Assembly (NCBI GenBank): GCA_965208325.1 | Contig: OZ242326.1 | Span: 3,520,001 to 3,584,000 of the forward strand | DNA length: 64,000 nucleotides | Reading direction: 5' to 3' | Origin: Candidatus Poribacteria bacterium | Lineage (GTDB): Bacteria > Poribacteria > WGA-4E > PCPOR2b | Shown: one piece after another, positions 50,765 through 62,700 of the stretch | Numbering within the stretch: the first letter of the stretch is position 1 | Layout: the number at the start of each line of letters is the position of its first letter | Made by a program: the position numbers and the translations under genes | The notes under the pieces: model-generated | What the model saw: only the letters and a program-made list of their open reading frames with translations | What the model was told of the DNA's origin: nothing | The model's database searches: none

Positions 50765-51535
50765 CTAGTATTTGGCGGCAAACACTGCGAGTTTCCCAGG
50801 GTTTTCCCATGCGAGCTGAACGCCAGAAAAACCCGCTTCTCGAAGCAACCGGTTCTGGGTCGCTACAGAAAGCGTAATGTCGTAGTTCCATTCAGCACGA
50901 TTTCCACCGGGGAGATTGGAGATCCATCGGTTGAACCAGTATAAGGTCTCAATTTCACCGTCAGGAGAATTCGACTGATCGCCCTCAATGTACAAGCCGG
51001 TGGGACGCAGCGCATTTCTCACTTTTTTGTAGACGCGAACCTTCTGCTCGGGTGGTAGATGGTGCATGGTAAGGGTTGAGATTGCATAGTCATATTCGTC
51101 CTCACCCAGTGGCAGGTCGAGTAACGACCCTTGAACGAGTTTCAATTGAGCGGCAACACTGTCAAACTTAGACTTCAGTTGCTCAAGCATTTTGGGAGCC
51201 AGGTCAATTGCAGTTACCTTAGCATTAGGGGCTTTGGCAAAAACGAATTCGAGTTGTATGCCAGTGCCGCAACCAAGATCTAGAATGTCCACCTCTGCTT
51301 GAGTCATTGGGATTGGACGCGCAACAGCTTGGTAAAACGGGTCATCTGACTCGACACCGAACTTCTTGTCCCATATGTCGGCAGTGTCATTGAAGCATCC
51401 GTACAGTTCCTCAATACCGTCGCACATCCACTCTGGAACGTCATCACCAGCTGGTCCCGGCGCGATACGGAGTTCCTCTTTCCTCCGCAGAAACTCCTCG
51501 TCTACTTTGTTCGCCTCGTACGTTTGATTAGTTAT
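50765..51535 (-). CDS. class I SAM-dependent methyltransferase; possible ATA start at 51535 (tracked ATG at 51427)
   Basis: ILDLGCGTG, IDLAPKML, LTMHHL, LRPTG; open frame upstream to GAGGAG-N7-ATA. Confidence 0.85.
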   Translation of the reverse strand: MTNQTYEANKVDEEFLRRKEELRIAPGPAGDDVPEWMCDGIEELYGCFNDTADIWDKKFGVESDDPFYQAVARPIPMTQAEVDILDLGCGTGIQLEFVFAKAPNAKVTAIDLAPKMLEQLKSKFDSVAAQLKLVQGSLLDLPLGEDEYDYAISTLTMHHLPPEQKVRVYKKVRNALRPTGLYIEGDQSNSPDGEIETLYWFNRWISNLPGGNRAEWNYDITLSVATQNRLLREAGFSGVQLAWENPGKLAVFAAKY

Positions 51536-51603
51536 GGTAATGCTCCTCTTAGCTCATCTAGTATGTGTTATTCTTGCTTTGGTTCACATTGCTATAGTTC
51601 TTT

Positions 51604-52716
51604 TCAGTGACTCCGACCGATTGAAAAATAATACACCGATTGTCCTCGATCGATTCGTATTTGCTCCGAGGTATTGGCTTGAGGTTTAATCTGAGGCATG
51701 TAGGCAGCGTTGATATTCATCGTTCCCAGATTCATCCCCATTCCGACGGTCAATCCTTCCATTTTCCAAAGGCGGTATTCAACTTCAGTATCTTCTGTCT
51801 CAAGATTGAATATCGAACCAATCCGGTTTTCGGTATGGCGCAGATAGCCGATTCGACCTGCAATACGCCCACGATACCACACTTCTGCCCCGAAGCCGGT
51901 ACGGATGCCGTCTTCAAAGGGGGGATTGAGATCGAACGCAACGTGCACGGTGACATCTTTATGATGCCGCTGATAGGCTGCACCAAACAGCACATCACGG
52001 CGAATTTTATCTGGTATCGAATCATCAGAGAAGGACAAACCGTTGCTGAGATTTCTGACTAGAATCCCAAATCGGAATTCTTTACCAACTTGTTGTATCG
52101 CCCCCAAGTTGTAAGCGTATCCGTGTCCGATGTGTCCTCGGTACTCAGACTCATGTACTTTAGATCTAATCCACTTCGCGTCTCCGCCGATAAACAATTC
52201 ACCGATCAGGCGTTTTCCGTAACCAACTCCAATTGCTAGGTTATTCGCTGGGAAATTGTTTGTGGATTTGCCAAGGTGGTTGACACGGCTAAACTGCCCT
52301 TCATATTCAAAGGTGACATCAAAACCGACGACACCGCCGTTATCCATGGGCTCAATATAATTTATCGACTCAAACCCCGACGCGCGGAGGTCATACCGTC
52401 CATAATCTTCATGCCGTTCAACGTCATTCACTTTGGAAACCACCGCGACTGTGCGAGGGAATCTCGCGGCGTGGGCAACAAATCGATTGCCCTCAATTAA
52501 ACTAATTCCCGCCGGATTACCATTCAGCGCATTTGCACCTGTAATCGAACCGACAAAGCTGCCGCCCATGCCCTGATGCGGCGCTGCGGTTAACCTCCGC
52601 AGAAATACGTCGGCTGCAGATTGAGCTGCGCCATTCACATCTGCCGCGGATGCTAGGTTGAATGCGTCCAAAAGACAAAACGCCAGAATGAAAATGTTAA
52701 CCCGTTGGCATCTCAT
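51604..52716 (-). CDS. outer-membrane beta-barrel, PorV/UPF0164-like
   Basis: Signal peptide, FL.....GMGG......NPAG motif, alternating beta-strand pattern. Confidence 0.6.
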   Translation of the reverse strand: MRCQRVNIFILAFCLLDAFNLASAADVNGAAQSAADVFLRRLTAAPHQGMGGSFVGSITGANALNGNPAGISLIEGNRFVAHAARFPRTVAVVSKVNDVERHEDYGRYDLRASGFESINYIEPMDNGGVVGFDVTFEYEGQFSRVNHLGKSTNNFPANNLAIGVGYGKRLIGELFIGGDAKWIRSKVHESEYRGHIGHGYAYNLGAIQQVGKEFRFGILVRNLSNGLSFSDDSIPDKIRRDVLFGAAYQRHHKDVTVHVAFDLNPPFEDGIRTGFGAEVWYRGRIAGRIGYLRHTENRIGSIFNLETEDTEVEYRLWKMEGLTVGMGMNLGTMNINAAYMPQIKPQANTSEQIRIDRGQSVYYFSIGRSH

Positions 52717-52973
52717 AACTATAGCAAAACCATAAATTTTTTATACACTGCGTTAGGTTCAGACTCCTAACCAATCCGGTATTTGTTCAATCCGCAGGCA
52801 CGGCTGGAAACCACGCCTACTTAGGTTAGAACTCTTATGTTAGGCGGTGTTTCCGACTGCTCTTATGCAGTGCGGATGATCGCCTCACCTACTGAAAAGT
52901 GTGTAGACTCTACGAATTAATCGAAGAGTTGTATTGTCAAATCGGCAGTTGTTTAATGGAATTCGTTATCAGA

Positions 52974-53405
52974 CTATTGCAATTCGCCCCAAAGGATGAC
53001 ATTAGCGACTGCGTAGTTGTCCGTATGTGCCAGCGTTACAAAGGTTTGGGACACACCCAGTGAATCTGCATGTTGACGTGCCCTACCGTTCAGGATTAAC
53101 TCCGGTTTGCCGAGTTCACCCGTGATGACTGACACATCGTGCCACCACATACCAGGCCTTAACCCGGTTCCAAGTGCCTTAAAGGCGGCCTCTTTCGCGG
53201 CAAATCTGGCAGCGAGCCTTTGATAGCGTATATCTGTGCCGCCGCAGTATTTTATTTCTTCCGGCGTGTAAATCCGCCCCTCAAATCGGTCTCCCCACCG
53301 CGAACTCGCGACTCTAATTCGTGAGACTTCAACGATGTCGATTCCCACGCCTCGAATCAATACAGGATTAGCGTAATTTGTGATGCTATTTAAAGCAGGC
53401 TTCAA
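52974..53405 (-). CDS. acpS: holo-ACP synthase
   Basis: GVGIDIVE..RI, AARFAAKEA..KALGTG, GKP, LAHT. Confidence 0.95.
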   Translation of the reverse strand: MKPALNSITNYANPVLIRGVGIDIVEVSRIRVASSRWGDRFEGRIYTPEEIKYCGGTDIRYQRLAARFAAKEAAFKALGTGLRPGMWWHDVSVITGELGKPELILNGRARQHADSLGVSQTFVTLAHTDNYAVANVILWGELQ

Positions 53406-53416
53406 ATTCTGGACCC

Positions 53417-54277
53417 TCAGGAAGAAATTGAATTTGCGCGGCGATAGATTGCGTCTGTCATTTGAGCAACTCGACGCATGGCTTTTACATTATGGACACG
53501 GACGACGTCTGCGCCTTGAGCAATTGCCCAAGCGACCGTAGCAGCGGTGCCTTCCATCCGGTCATTGACTGGAAGATCAAGTATTTTGCCAATGAAAGAT
53601 TTGTTGGAGGTACCAATTAGGATGGGCTTATTCAAGGGTTGAAAATCACGAAGCCGGCGTAAAATTTCCAAATTATGTTCAGTGGTTTTCCCAAATCCGA
53701 TGCCGGGATCAATTAAAATGCAATCCGGATGAATTCCATTTTTTTCTGCTTCCTCAATACGGTCTTGGAAGAATAGGCAAATCTCCGAGGTTACATTCTG
53801 GTAGGCGGGCGCGTGTTGCATTGTTCGAGGATTACCCTTCATGTGCATCAGGACTAATCCTGCGTGCATTTCGCTGACGACCGATGCCATGTCTGAATCG
53901 CCGTTTAGCGCCGAAATATCATTAACGATATGGGCTCCGGCTTGAAGCGTTAGGCGCGCGACATGCGCTTTGCAGGTGTCAATGGAAATGGGAACAGGGA
54001 TTTCGCTTGCGAGCGCTTCAACAACTGGCAGGATGCGGGCGAGCTCTTCATTGGCGGAAATTGATAATGCGCCCGGTCGAGACGATTCGCCGCCGATATC
54101 AATGATATCCGCCCCATCCTTAACCATGCTTTTGGCATGGGCAATAGCACTATCAACCTCAAAATAACGCCCGCTCTCTGAAAAGGAATCCGGCGTTACA
54201 TTCAACACGCCCATAATAAGCGTGCGTTGTCCAAATACGAGTTGCTTTCCGCGGCATTTCATAGATTGCAGCGCCAA
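53417..54277 (-). CDS. folP: dihydropteroate synthase
   Basis: MGVLNVTPDSFS, DIGGESSRPG, DPGIGFGK, VRVHNV. Confidence 0.96.
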   Translation of the reverse strand: MALQSMKCRGKQLVFGQRTLIMGVLNVTPDSFSESGRYFEVDSAIAHAKSMVKDGADIIDIGGESSRPGALSISANEELARILPVVEALASEIPVPISIDTCKAHVARLTLQAGAHIVNDISALNGDSDMASVVSEMHAGLVLMHMKGNPRTMQHAPAYQNVTSEICLFFQDRIEEAEKNGIHPDCILIDPGIGFGKTTEHNLEILRRLRDFQPLNKPILIGTSNKSFIGKILDLPVNDRMEGTAATVAWAIAQGADVVRVHNVKAMRRVAQMTDAIYRRANSISS

Positions 54278-54279
54278 TA

Positions 54280-56151
54280 TTAGGTAGTAGAAACCTGGTG
54301 GCGAGGCCCGAGAATTTCCTCAATTTCGTCGCCAATGAGCGTTTCCCTTTCTAACAGAGCATCCGCAAGTTTTTTCAGCCCGTCAAGATTCGTCTCGATG
54401 AGATGCTTGGCTTGATTATAGCAACCTGTGATGATGTGATGAACGGCTTGATCGATTTCAACGGCAGTTTTTTCGCTATAGTCTTTGTGGTGGGCGATTT
54501 CCTTGCCCAAAAAGACCTGTTCATCGCGCCTGCCGAAGGAAAGAGGTCCAAGTTCGCTCATTCCCCATTGCGTAACCATCTTACGCGCCAGATCCGTGGC
54601 TTGTTCGAAGTCATTTTGTGCGCCCGTGGTCAGCTCGCCAAAGATAAGTTCTTCAGCGACACGTCCGCCAAGCGCTGTGGTAATGCCGGCAATGAGATAT
54701 TTTTTGCTGAAGTTACGGCGCTCTTCGAGCGGCAAACCCACCGAGACACCGAGTGCTCTCCCTCGTGGAATAATGGTAGATTTATAATGAGGGTCGTTGT
54801 CCGGAATGATATGCCGCAACAACGTGTGCCCCGCCTCATGATAAGCCGTAACCTGTTTGTCATCTTCGCTAATGACTAGACTACGGCGTTCAGGCCCCAT
54901 CATGACTCGGTCTTTGGCTTCATCAAAACAGCTCATGTCAACTGCATCTTTATCTTCCTTGGCTGCAAGCAGTGCAGCCTCGTTCACCATGTTTGCGATG
55001 TCGGCGCCTGAGAAGTATGGCGTTGCCCGCGCCAATATTTCTAAGTTTACATCCTCACCGACCTTAATCGGCGATGCAGCGTGCACTTTGAAAATTTCTT
55101 CGCGCCCTTTGATATCGGGGAGATCGACGACAATCTGGCGATCAAAACGCCCAGGACGAAGTAAAGCAGGGTCTAACACATCCGGGCGGTTCGTCGCAGC
55201 AATGAGAATGACTCCTTCGGACGTATCGAAGCCGTCCATTTCGACGAGCAGTTGGTTCAAGGTCTGTTCGCGCTCATCGTGTCCACCGCCGATGCCAGCG
55301 CCGCGATGCCTGCCTACAGCGTCGAGTTCGTCAATAAAGATGATGCACGGCGCATTCTTTTTTCCAGTCTCGAAGAGGTCGCGCACGCGGGATGCACCGA
55401 CACCTACGAACATCTCAACGAAATCAGATCCGCTGATGCTATAGAACGGGACGTTTGCTTCTCCAGCAACTGCACGCGCAAGCAAGGTTTTTCCTGTCCC
55501 CGGCGGTCCCATTAACAAAACGCCCATGGGGATACGCCCGCCGAGCCGCTGAAATTTCTTCGAGTCCTTGAGGAATTCGATAACTTCTTCTAAGCCGTCC
55601 TTCGCCTCATCGCATCCTGCAACATCTGCGAATGTCCTCTTGGGTTGGTTTTCAGAGTGGAGCCGCGCGCGGCTTTTTCCGAACGATAAAGCCCGATTTC
55701 CGGTTCCTTGTACTTGCCTTGAAAGGAAAATCATAATCCCAATAAAAAGCATAATTGGCAGTATTGATGTTAAAGAGATCATGATCCATTGCGGCATCTG
55801 CGACGGCGGTTCAACGTTGTACGGTATGCCCTGCTCCATCAATTTCTTTTCAAGTGGATACTCCGAATATATGTCGCGATAAATTCTGAATTCCCCTTTT
55901 GGATTTGCTTTTAATGGTGGGTTGTTGTCTTGCATAGCCCGCTCATTGAGTTGACCTTTAATCCACTCCTTGCCAATCGTAATTTCGTCAAAATAAGTCC
56001 TGCCATCGCCGTTTTCGATGAGTTGATAGAATTCAGAGGTCTTCGGGTCATTTTTCACGTTATCAACGGGGTTGATAAGGCGCCACATTACAATGGTAAC
56101 GATGGATGCCATGATTAGCCAAACCACTATGTTTTTTGCATTTTTGTTCAC
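54280..56151 (-). CDS. ftsH: ATP-dependent zinc metalloprotease FtsH
   Basis: Two TM helices, [29 protein letters not shown]. Confidence 0.98.
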   Translation of the reverse strand: MNKNAKNIVVWLIMASIVTIVMWRLINPVDNVKNDPKTSEFYQLIENGDGRTYFDEITIGKEWIKGQLNERAMQDNNPPLKANPKGEFRIYRDIYSEYPLEKKLMEQGIPYNVEPPSQMPQWIMISLTSILPIMLFIGIMIFLSRQVQGTGNRALSFGKSRARLHSENQPKRTFADVAGCDEAKDGLEEVIEFLKDSKKFQRLGGRIPMGVLLMGPPGTGKTLLARAVAGEANVPFYSISGSDFVEMFVGVGASRVRDLFETGKKNAPCIIFIDELDAVGRHRGAGIGGGHDEREQTLNQLLVEMDGFDTSEGVILIAATNRPDVLDPALLRPGRFDRQIVVDLPDIKGREEIFKVHAASPIKVGEDVNLEILARATPYFSGADIANMVNEAALLAAKEDKDAVDMSCFDEAKDRVMMGPERRSLVISEDDKQVTAYHEAGHTLLRHIIPDNDPHYKSTIIPRGRALGVSVGLPLEERRNFSKKYLIAGITTALGGRVAEELIFGELTTGAQNDFEQATDLARKMVTQWGMSELGPLSFGRRDEQVFLGKEIAHHKDYSEKTAVEIDQAVHHIITGCYNQAKHLIETNLDGLKKLADALLERETLIGDEIEEILGPRHQVSTT

Positions 56152-56467
56152 AACACATGAACCTTTCTTTTTAGTTCATCGGCAGAACGAGCTAAAAACA
56201 GCTTTAAATTGCAGGGTGCGACAGTTCTTTTACGCCACCATCCGGCATTGAGCCGAAGTCGGATAAAGCAGTCAGAAAAAGTATACCAAATCCTTTTTGA
56301 AATATCAATGGAAATTAGAGTATCCGCGAGTATGCTACGCTGGGCAACGGATTAAGCGCAGCTGCGGTCTTATAGCCGCTGAGCGCACCTAACTCCATAT
56401 GATTAGTTAGGACACTGAGCCGTTAAAGAAGGTTTATGCGGTTTCAACTTATTGGGACGATTCTGTG

Positions 56468-56788
56468 TTATTGGAGAACGGACTTGGGAGTCGCTTGTAG
56501 ACGTGTGATTACACTTCGCTCTCGATCAATCATGTTCGGAACATGGGGGTTAATTTCGTTTTTCCAGTAGTCGCTTTCGTAGACTGCTTGATACAGCTGC
56601 TGCCGCTCCTCTTCACTCTCGAAACGGCGAATCCAGACGAACAAATCGTCTTCTTCCAGCCCAACAAAACTCCCTAATACTACCATTCCCTGCGAGATTT
56701 GGAACGGGATAATCTTTTCTTCCATAAACTTCACCCAATTATCACGTTGACCGAGTTTTGTACGATACTGACGCAGTTCAAGAAACAT
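56468..56788 (-). CDS. NIPSNAP family protein
   Basis: ELRQY, FVWIRRF, LQATPKS; AAGGAG SD. Confidence 0.85.
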   Translation of the reverse strand: MFLELRQYRTKLGQRDNWVKFMEEKIIPFQISQGMVVLGSFVGLEEDDLFVWIRRFESEEERQQLYQAVYESDYWKNEINPHVPNMIDRERSVITRLQATPKSVLQ

Positions 56789-57282
56789 GTCAATCTCCTT
56801 TGTATTTTCAAAATGTTAACGCTTGCGTACGATGAATCAAATGACATCATTGTACATCTGCCTTTTGTCCCTGTGCATCTTTTTGGATTAGGATTCTTGG
56901 GAGAATTACCTGGATAACACCACTAATCCACATTTACGGCCGGAAATTCAGAGGTATCGCCGCAGTAAATTCTACCATACATCCGTCTTGTGGTGTAGAT
57001 GATTGGTTCGCACCGCGTACGAAAAACTCCGACGCACGTTCATGCCAGTCTCCGTCTTCAGGCGTTCGGTGTGTGTACGCCGCAATGGATACGATCCTCC
57101 GGAGACGAAGCGCGCAAAGAGAAATGTGCTTGAAACTTTGCCGATTTTCAGATAATATTGACGAATTAGAGAGTATTTAAATTAACATCATTTGGAGGCA
57201 GTTCATCCGCCTCCTTGCATAATGAGGCTCACAGCAGTAGGCGAAATCAAGCGCCACCGGAGATTCCTCAAGGAATAGTTGG

Positions 57283-57777
57283 ATGCCGATTTACGAATTT
57301 TATTGCAAAGCATGTCATACGGTCTATCAATTCTTCTCCAGAACGGTTAACACAGAGAAAAAGCCGGGTTGCCCGAGATGCAAAAACACCGAGTTAAAGC
57401 GCAACGTGTCGAAGTTCGCCACAATTTCCGTTAGGAACGGCGAAGGCGGCGATGGCGCAAATTTGTCGCAGATGGACGAAGCAAAAATGGAGAAAGCCAT
57501 GGCGATGCTTGCCAGCGAAGCGGATAACATCAACGAAGATGACCCGCTCCAAGCAGCCGACCTGATGCGAAAGCTCTCCGATGCAACCGGACTGGACATG
57601 GGATCGGGGATGGAAGAAGCCCTGAGCCGCCTTGAGCAGGGAGAAGATCCCGCCAAGATTGAAGAAGAGATGGGCGATTTGCTCGGAGCGGATGAACCGA
57701 AATTGTTAGAAGCACGCTGGAGGAAGGGCAGCAGCGAATCTAAGCCGGATGTCGATGAGACACTCTATGAGCTATGA
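57283..57777 (+). CDS. FmdB-family zinc-ribbon protein
   Basis: MPIYEFYCKAC...CPRC. Confidence 0.85.
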   Translation: MPIYEFYCKACHTVYQFFSRTVNTEKKPGCPRCKNTELKRNVSKFATISVRNGEGGDGANLSQMDEAKMEKAMAMLASEADNINEDDPLQAADLMRKLSDATGLDMGSGMEEALSRLEQGEDPAKIEEEMGDLLGADEPKLLEARWRKGSSESKPDVDETLYEL

Positions 57778-57911
57778 GCGGAAGAACGTGGATGGCGTTG
57801 ACATATCGCTCATGATTTGCTAGAATCGAATTCTGACGTTCGACACATTGGAAACAAGAGTTGATGCCTTAAACTCAGGCGAACATATTCATACCAAGGT
57901 GTAAAAGCAAA

Positions 57912-58238
57912 ATGAAGAAAATTCAGCTCCGAGAAATCTGCCATTCTAGGTCCGGCGACAAAGGCGATACAGGAAACATCGGACTCATCGTTTATGACAA
58001 AAAACATTACGAATTGATTAAGCGGGAAGTCACTGCGGAACGCGTCAAGGATTTCTTTAAGGGAAGTGTCAAAGGAGACGTGGAACGATACGAGTTGCCG
58101 CGAATGGGAGCGCTCAACTTCGTGCTCTATAATGCGCTGGATGGCGGCGCCACCCGCACGCTAACAATGGATGCCTATGGCAAGGTATTGAGTTCCGCTC
58201 TGCTGGCGCTAGAGATTCAAGTGCCCGATGACTTTTAG
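57912..58238 (+). CDS. second copy of the small AtuA-associated protein
   Basis: About three-quarters identical (manual count) to 27943-28263. Confidence 0.85.
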   Translation: MKKIQLREICHSRSGDKGDTGNIGLIVYDKKHYELIKREVTAERVKDFFKGSVKGDVERYELPRMGALNFVLYNALDGGATRTLTMDAYGKVLSSALLALEIQVPDDF

Positions 58239-58320
58239 ATTTACGTTGTTCGAATTGGCAAACGCGGCGAAAACGCGAGTGGGAAAGCACTAGTAGAAAC
58301 GGTGTAAATGACGGGAAGAC

Positions 58321-58448
58321 ATTTCACAGTTTTCACAGTAAATTGAAACGAATCGGACATCGGATTGAAGTTCGGGAGGCGTTAAACGCAGTCTGGGACT
58401 GGCTCTCAATCTGTTATTTTCCGAGAATCGGATATGCTAACTGTGAAA
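58321..58448. repeat. second, inverted copy of the 10661-10795 element
   Basis: atttcacagttttcacagtaaattga...ggaggcgttaaa..cagtctgggactg...actgtgaaa matches the reverse complement of the 10.7 kb copy. Confidence 0.7.
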
Positions 58449-58666
58449 CTCCGACGATTCTCGGAGCAAGGAAAATTCAATGCTGGCACAAGTCTTCGTA
58501 GGGTGGGTCGATTGGTGCGGGTGAATCACGTAAATTGTAAAAATGGGATTCGATTGATTGAATGCGTTCGTGAATATTCACGTGTAACGTAACCCTACGC
58601 TATTTGTCGTTTCGATGTTTGTATTGGCGTGATTCACCGAATGGTCATTTCGGAGATTTAAAAACG

Positions 58667-59614
58667 TTGGGTTTCCCACATGCTTTTTGAATGTGAAGCG
58701 GTATCGCCTTACGGAGATGAATTGGAATTCGAGGCGTCTTCATTGAATCCGGTCTCCCCAACCTACAAGTAATTGCCGCCCATTCAGATTTGAAGCGGGA
58801 ACTTAGGTTGGGAGACCCAGCCCCTACGAGCGTTGGTGTATCTGTGCGCTGCACTTGATTGTCGGGTTTCAATGATGAGTCAGCAGAACCTACCAGTTTG
58901 AAAAGCGTTGGGTTTGGTGTCAACTAAGTTGAAAGGAACGCCAATGGGTATTAGGACATATTTTGCGTATGGTTCCAACATGTCTTTGAAGAGAATCAAA
59001 AAAAGGGTACCGTCCGCCAAGCCGATTGGAGCGGGAATACTCCGTTGCCACCGTCTTGAATTTCACAAGAAGAGTAAGGATAAATCCGGCAAGTGCGATA
59101 TTGTACTTTCATCAGCGGCTGATGTGGTATGGGGACGCGTGTTTCACATTAATAGTAAGGAGAAGGAAACCCTTGATTGTTATGAGGGATTGGGACGCGG
59201 GTATTTTGAGAAATACGTTACAGTCGAATTGGATTGTGGTTCTACCGTCCGTGCTGTAACTTACTATGCTAATCCCAAGAAAACAAAGCTAGGTCTAAAG
59301 CCTTATGCTTGGTACAAGAGGCATGTCTTGAAGGGGGTAAAGGAAGCGCATCTTCCTCCAGAATATATCAAGCGTATAAAAGCAATATACGCGAAGGAAG
59401 ACCGTTGCAAGGAGCGGGCGGCGAGAGAGCTTAAGATATACTGCTGCTGAACACTTGTAAGGTGAGTTGAAGCATTGTAGGGATTATGTTTAGGGTAGAT
59501 TGAAAAGCGATGGGTTTCGCTGCATTCTTATTGAATTTGAAGCGGTATCGCCTTACGGGGATAAATTAGATATCGAAGCGACTTTCATTGAATCCGCTTA
59601 ACCCAACCTACAAG
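58667..59614. repeat. ~100 bp REP-like direct repeats (58667-58769, 59510-59614) flanking the GGCT gene; third copy 62971-63080
   Basis: Shared tgaagcggtatcgccttacgg...ttcattgaatccg...cccaacctac; the third copy shares the tggg start and the ttcattgaatccg...cccaacctac end. Confidence 0.8.
58944..59450 (+). CDS. gamma-glutamylcyclotransferase family protein
   Basis: YFAYGSNM, VWG, LDCYEG, LPPEY. Confidence 0.88.
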   Translation: MGIRTYFAYGSNMSLKRIKKRVPSAKPIGAGILRCHRLEFHKKSKDKSGKCDIVLSSAADVVWGRVFHINSKEKETLDCYEGLGRGYFEKYVTVELDCGSTVRAVTYYANPKKTKLGLKPYAWYKRHVLKGVKEAHLPPEYIKRIKAIYAKEDRCKERAARELKIYCC

Positions 59615-59786
59615 AACTTCTACAAGAACATGAAGACTTGAAGACCATCGCCCTCACTATTCGTTCGGTTGATCCGTCTCCCACGGAGGACGTTCTTGCT
59701 TGTTCATTCAATCATCGTTCCCCAACTTGCCGAGGAGGGGTTAGAGGAGGTCGTAAGTTGAGATTCGCCGTTGACGCAGCCCCAAC

Positions 59787-62700
59787 CTACATTCGCTTAT
59801 ATTCCGTCTCTAGCCTGATATTGCTAGGAGGTTTGTCGACAATGATGGTGTCTTTTAGGAATGCGTCCCAAGTCTGGCCGTTTAGCTTTACACAGCGCAA
59901 GCCCTTACCGCTGGGGCCGCGGACGTGTATCAGTAACCGACTGGGTTTGCGCTGGGGGCACAGTTGGACATCACCTCGAATCGTCGTCTGATTCGGGTCT
60001 GCGGAAAAATGATAGGTCACCCGTCCAAAGTGGCTCGGTGCGTTTTCCACGCCGATGGGTTCGGGTTGTGCGAGCCACTTACGCGGTGTGGCTGGGGCAA
60101 TATGGAGAATCTCCTCTTCGTCTTCAAGCAGCATCAGGTTGCGCAAGAAATGGATGTAGTTGGAGCAGGCTTCTGAATGCGGCGAATCGCCGCCACCCTT
60201 AATCCCTCGTCTCGGCGGAGTGAACTCGGAATACTTGACGTTGAGACTTTGTACCTCGCTCCAGTCGTGCGTGGTCGAGCCGTTGGCTAAAAAGGCGTAG
60301 AACAAATTGGCTGCACGATCCGGCTCGCCGCGATGAATATAGCCCAACGCCAGATCGACAAAGATATAGGGCCAAACCATTAACCCGCCGGTGGTGTTTC
60401 CGAGATATTCTCGAAACCGAAAGAAAGCGTCCATAAGCGGGTCGTGCGGTCCCATCACGCGGGAAGGATGGACGAGAATTCCGCCGAAAGCGGTTTCGAA
60501 GGTGCCCTCCTTTTGCGCTTCGCCGATTGCAACATTTGTGGGGATGGTGCCCGAAAAGTCGTTAAAGCGGACAAAACTCATTTCGATGGATCGATGAAGC
60601 GCCCGCTTCAGGTCTTCCGCTTGTTCCGCGTAGTAGGAAGCGTCTTGAGCCTTGTTCAACGTCCCCGCAGCTTTAGCCAACAACCGCAAACCCAGATATG
60701 CGAACGCATTGACGTAGAAACAGTGTCCGCCGCCGCCGCCTTCGCCGGACGATGGCGGCAGTAGTCCATATTCCGGCCTCTCAGGTTGGTTCAGGCGGTG
60801 GCATTCCGCTTCTCTCATGCGGATAACCCAATCTGCGCCGCGAGTGAGGGAGCGATAGTTTTGCGCAAGCCATTCGTTATCTCCGCTCAAAAGCCAGTAC
60901 TCAAGCGCGCACCATAGCGTTTGGCCTTGTGCATCGAACTGACGAGTCCGCGTCACCCAAATGCCGTCACGGCTAGGGTCGCCCGTACCCCACTGTCCTA
61001 GCGTCCATCGGGTTCGAGGGAGCTCCTCCCGCGGCGTTAGTACGGTTTGAACCAGGGCGCGGTGTTCATCGAGAAATCCGGCATATCCCATCGCAATATT
61101 TTGGTAAGCGCAGTCTCTTATAGTGTGATCCCAGTAATAGAAAGGGCCGCACATCATGAGCGGCAAATCCTTTTTGCCGAGATACGTTTGATGGAGAACT
61201 AATGTTGCAAGGTGGTGGCGATATGTGGCTTCAATGACCGGTTCCGGGGTTATGAATCGGGTTGAAGACGCAATGAAGCCGTTCCAATAGGATGAAACTC
61301 GGTCCAATGCCTCTTCCCAACGAATGTTTCGGGCGCTCTTTTCTTGTTCAAGCCAGAGTGTTATGGGTTTGGGGCCGTAGATTGCGTATTCGCCCGGGTT
61401 GCGATCAGGCGGCACATCTTCGCCATAGTCCGCCGGGTTATCGGGGTAGCGCGGTTCAAGATGCACGCGCCAACTTTCGCCAGTGTCATACGGGTGATAG
61501 GGATTACCGTAAGGCGCCGGTTCCGGACGGTCGATTGCCGGGACTCGCAATAGGTATTGGCGCTCTTCACCGGGCTGCAACGTGGGCGCATAGTGTAAGC
61601 GTTGGGAAAACGCAGTGAGGTCGACACCGAACGAATCGCGCAATCCCGAAATTCCATCGTTGAAATCACGGCCAACGTCCATCTCGTAGCGAAGCAGCGC
61701 ACCTATCATTTCTTGCGCGTCGGCATCCGACTTCACTTCGCGCAGGAACGCCCCGGGGCCGCCCGCGTGGTGTTCCGAATCGATGATATATTCGCCAATA
61801 GTTCCATCAACGTCAGCCTCAATCACGTCGGGTGTGAGTTCGACATCCGTTTTGTAGGCGCGAATCCAACTGAGCATGGCGGGCTGACGCGACTCTGGCG
61901 TCGATCGAACCGAAATTTTGATGTATCCATCTCCGTCCGTATCTTCTCCGACGAACCGCTGAACAACGTGTTTCAACCGTTCTAATTTAAGTTTTTGCGG
62001 GTTCGGATCGCCCTCGACTGACGCGATTATCTCTCTGGGCAATGGGGTATGCAGGTCACGGATGTCCGGTTCCATCTTATCGTAGGGTTCATCCCAATTG
62101 GGGGTAGTGATGTTCGGGACGCCGCTGTAGCCGAGAAACACTTGAAGTTTCTCGCCATTGTCAACCTTCATCACGTATTCGATCGGGGTGCCGTACCATC
62201 CGTTCCGGTGCCGCAGCCATATTGTGGTTCGCGGAGCATCGTGCTCCCAGGGTGCGGCGGGCGTGGCGCGGGGATCGACGCAGCCGATCGGGCGTGCGAT
62301 TCGCTCGGTTGACACGACAGGATCCATTATCACCATCGGCTTGCCCCGATCGGAGATAAGGCCGCCGTCAGGCTGCAGGGAGGGCGCGCCGTCGAGCGTC
62401 ACAATTAGTTTTCCTTTTTGCGGTTCGCTTGCTGTGTTCCTGAGCGAAATAGCGTAGAGGTCGAACGGCTGCGGGTCATTTGGAACCACAATGACGGAAA
62501 CGCTGTAATGCACCCCTTGATGGTCCCATTGGTTAATACAGCCCGGCATCCAGCCGCCGGGGGATTCCTGTTTGAAATTGTCGAGGACGTAGGGGAGAAC
62601 CTCTGTTCCGTCATCCGATAACAAGCCGAAACGCAGGTCAAATTCGCTATACCGGGCTCGCATCAAGTAACTGAATGGCAACGGAACGGTGCCGGGAATT

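Noticed and set aside
58498..59790. CRISPR array
   Set aside because: The repeats are long, diverged and irregularly spaced, with no cas genes
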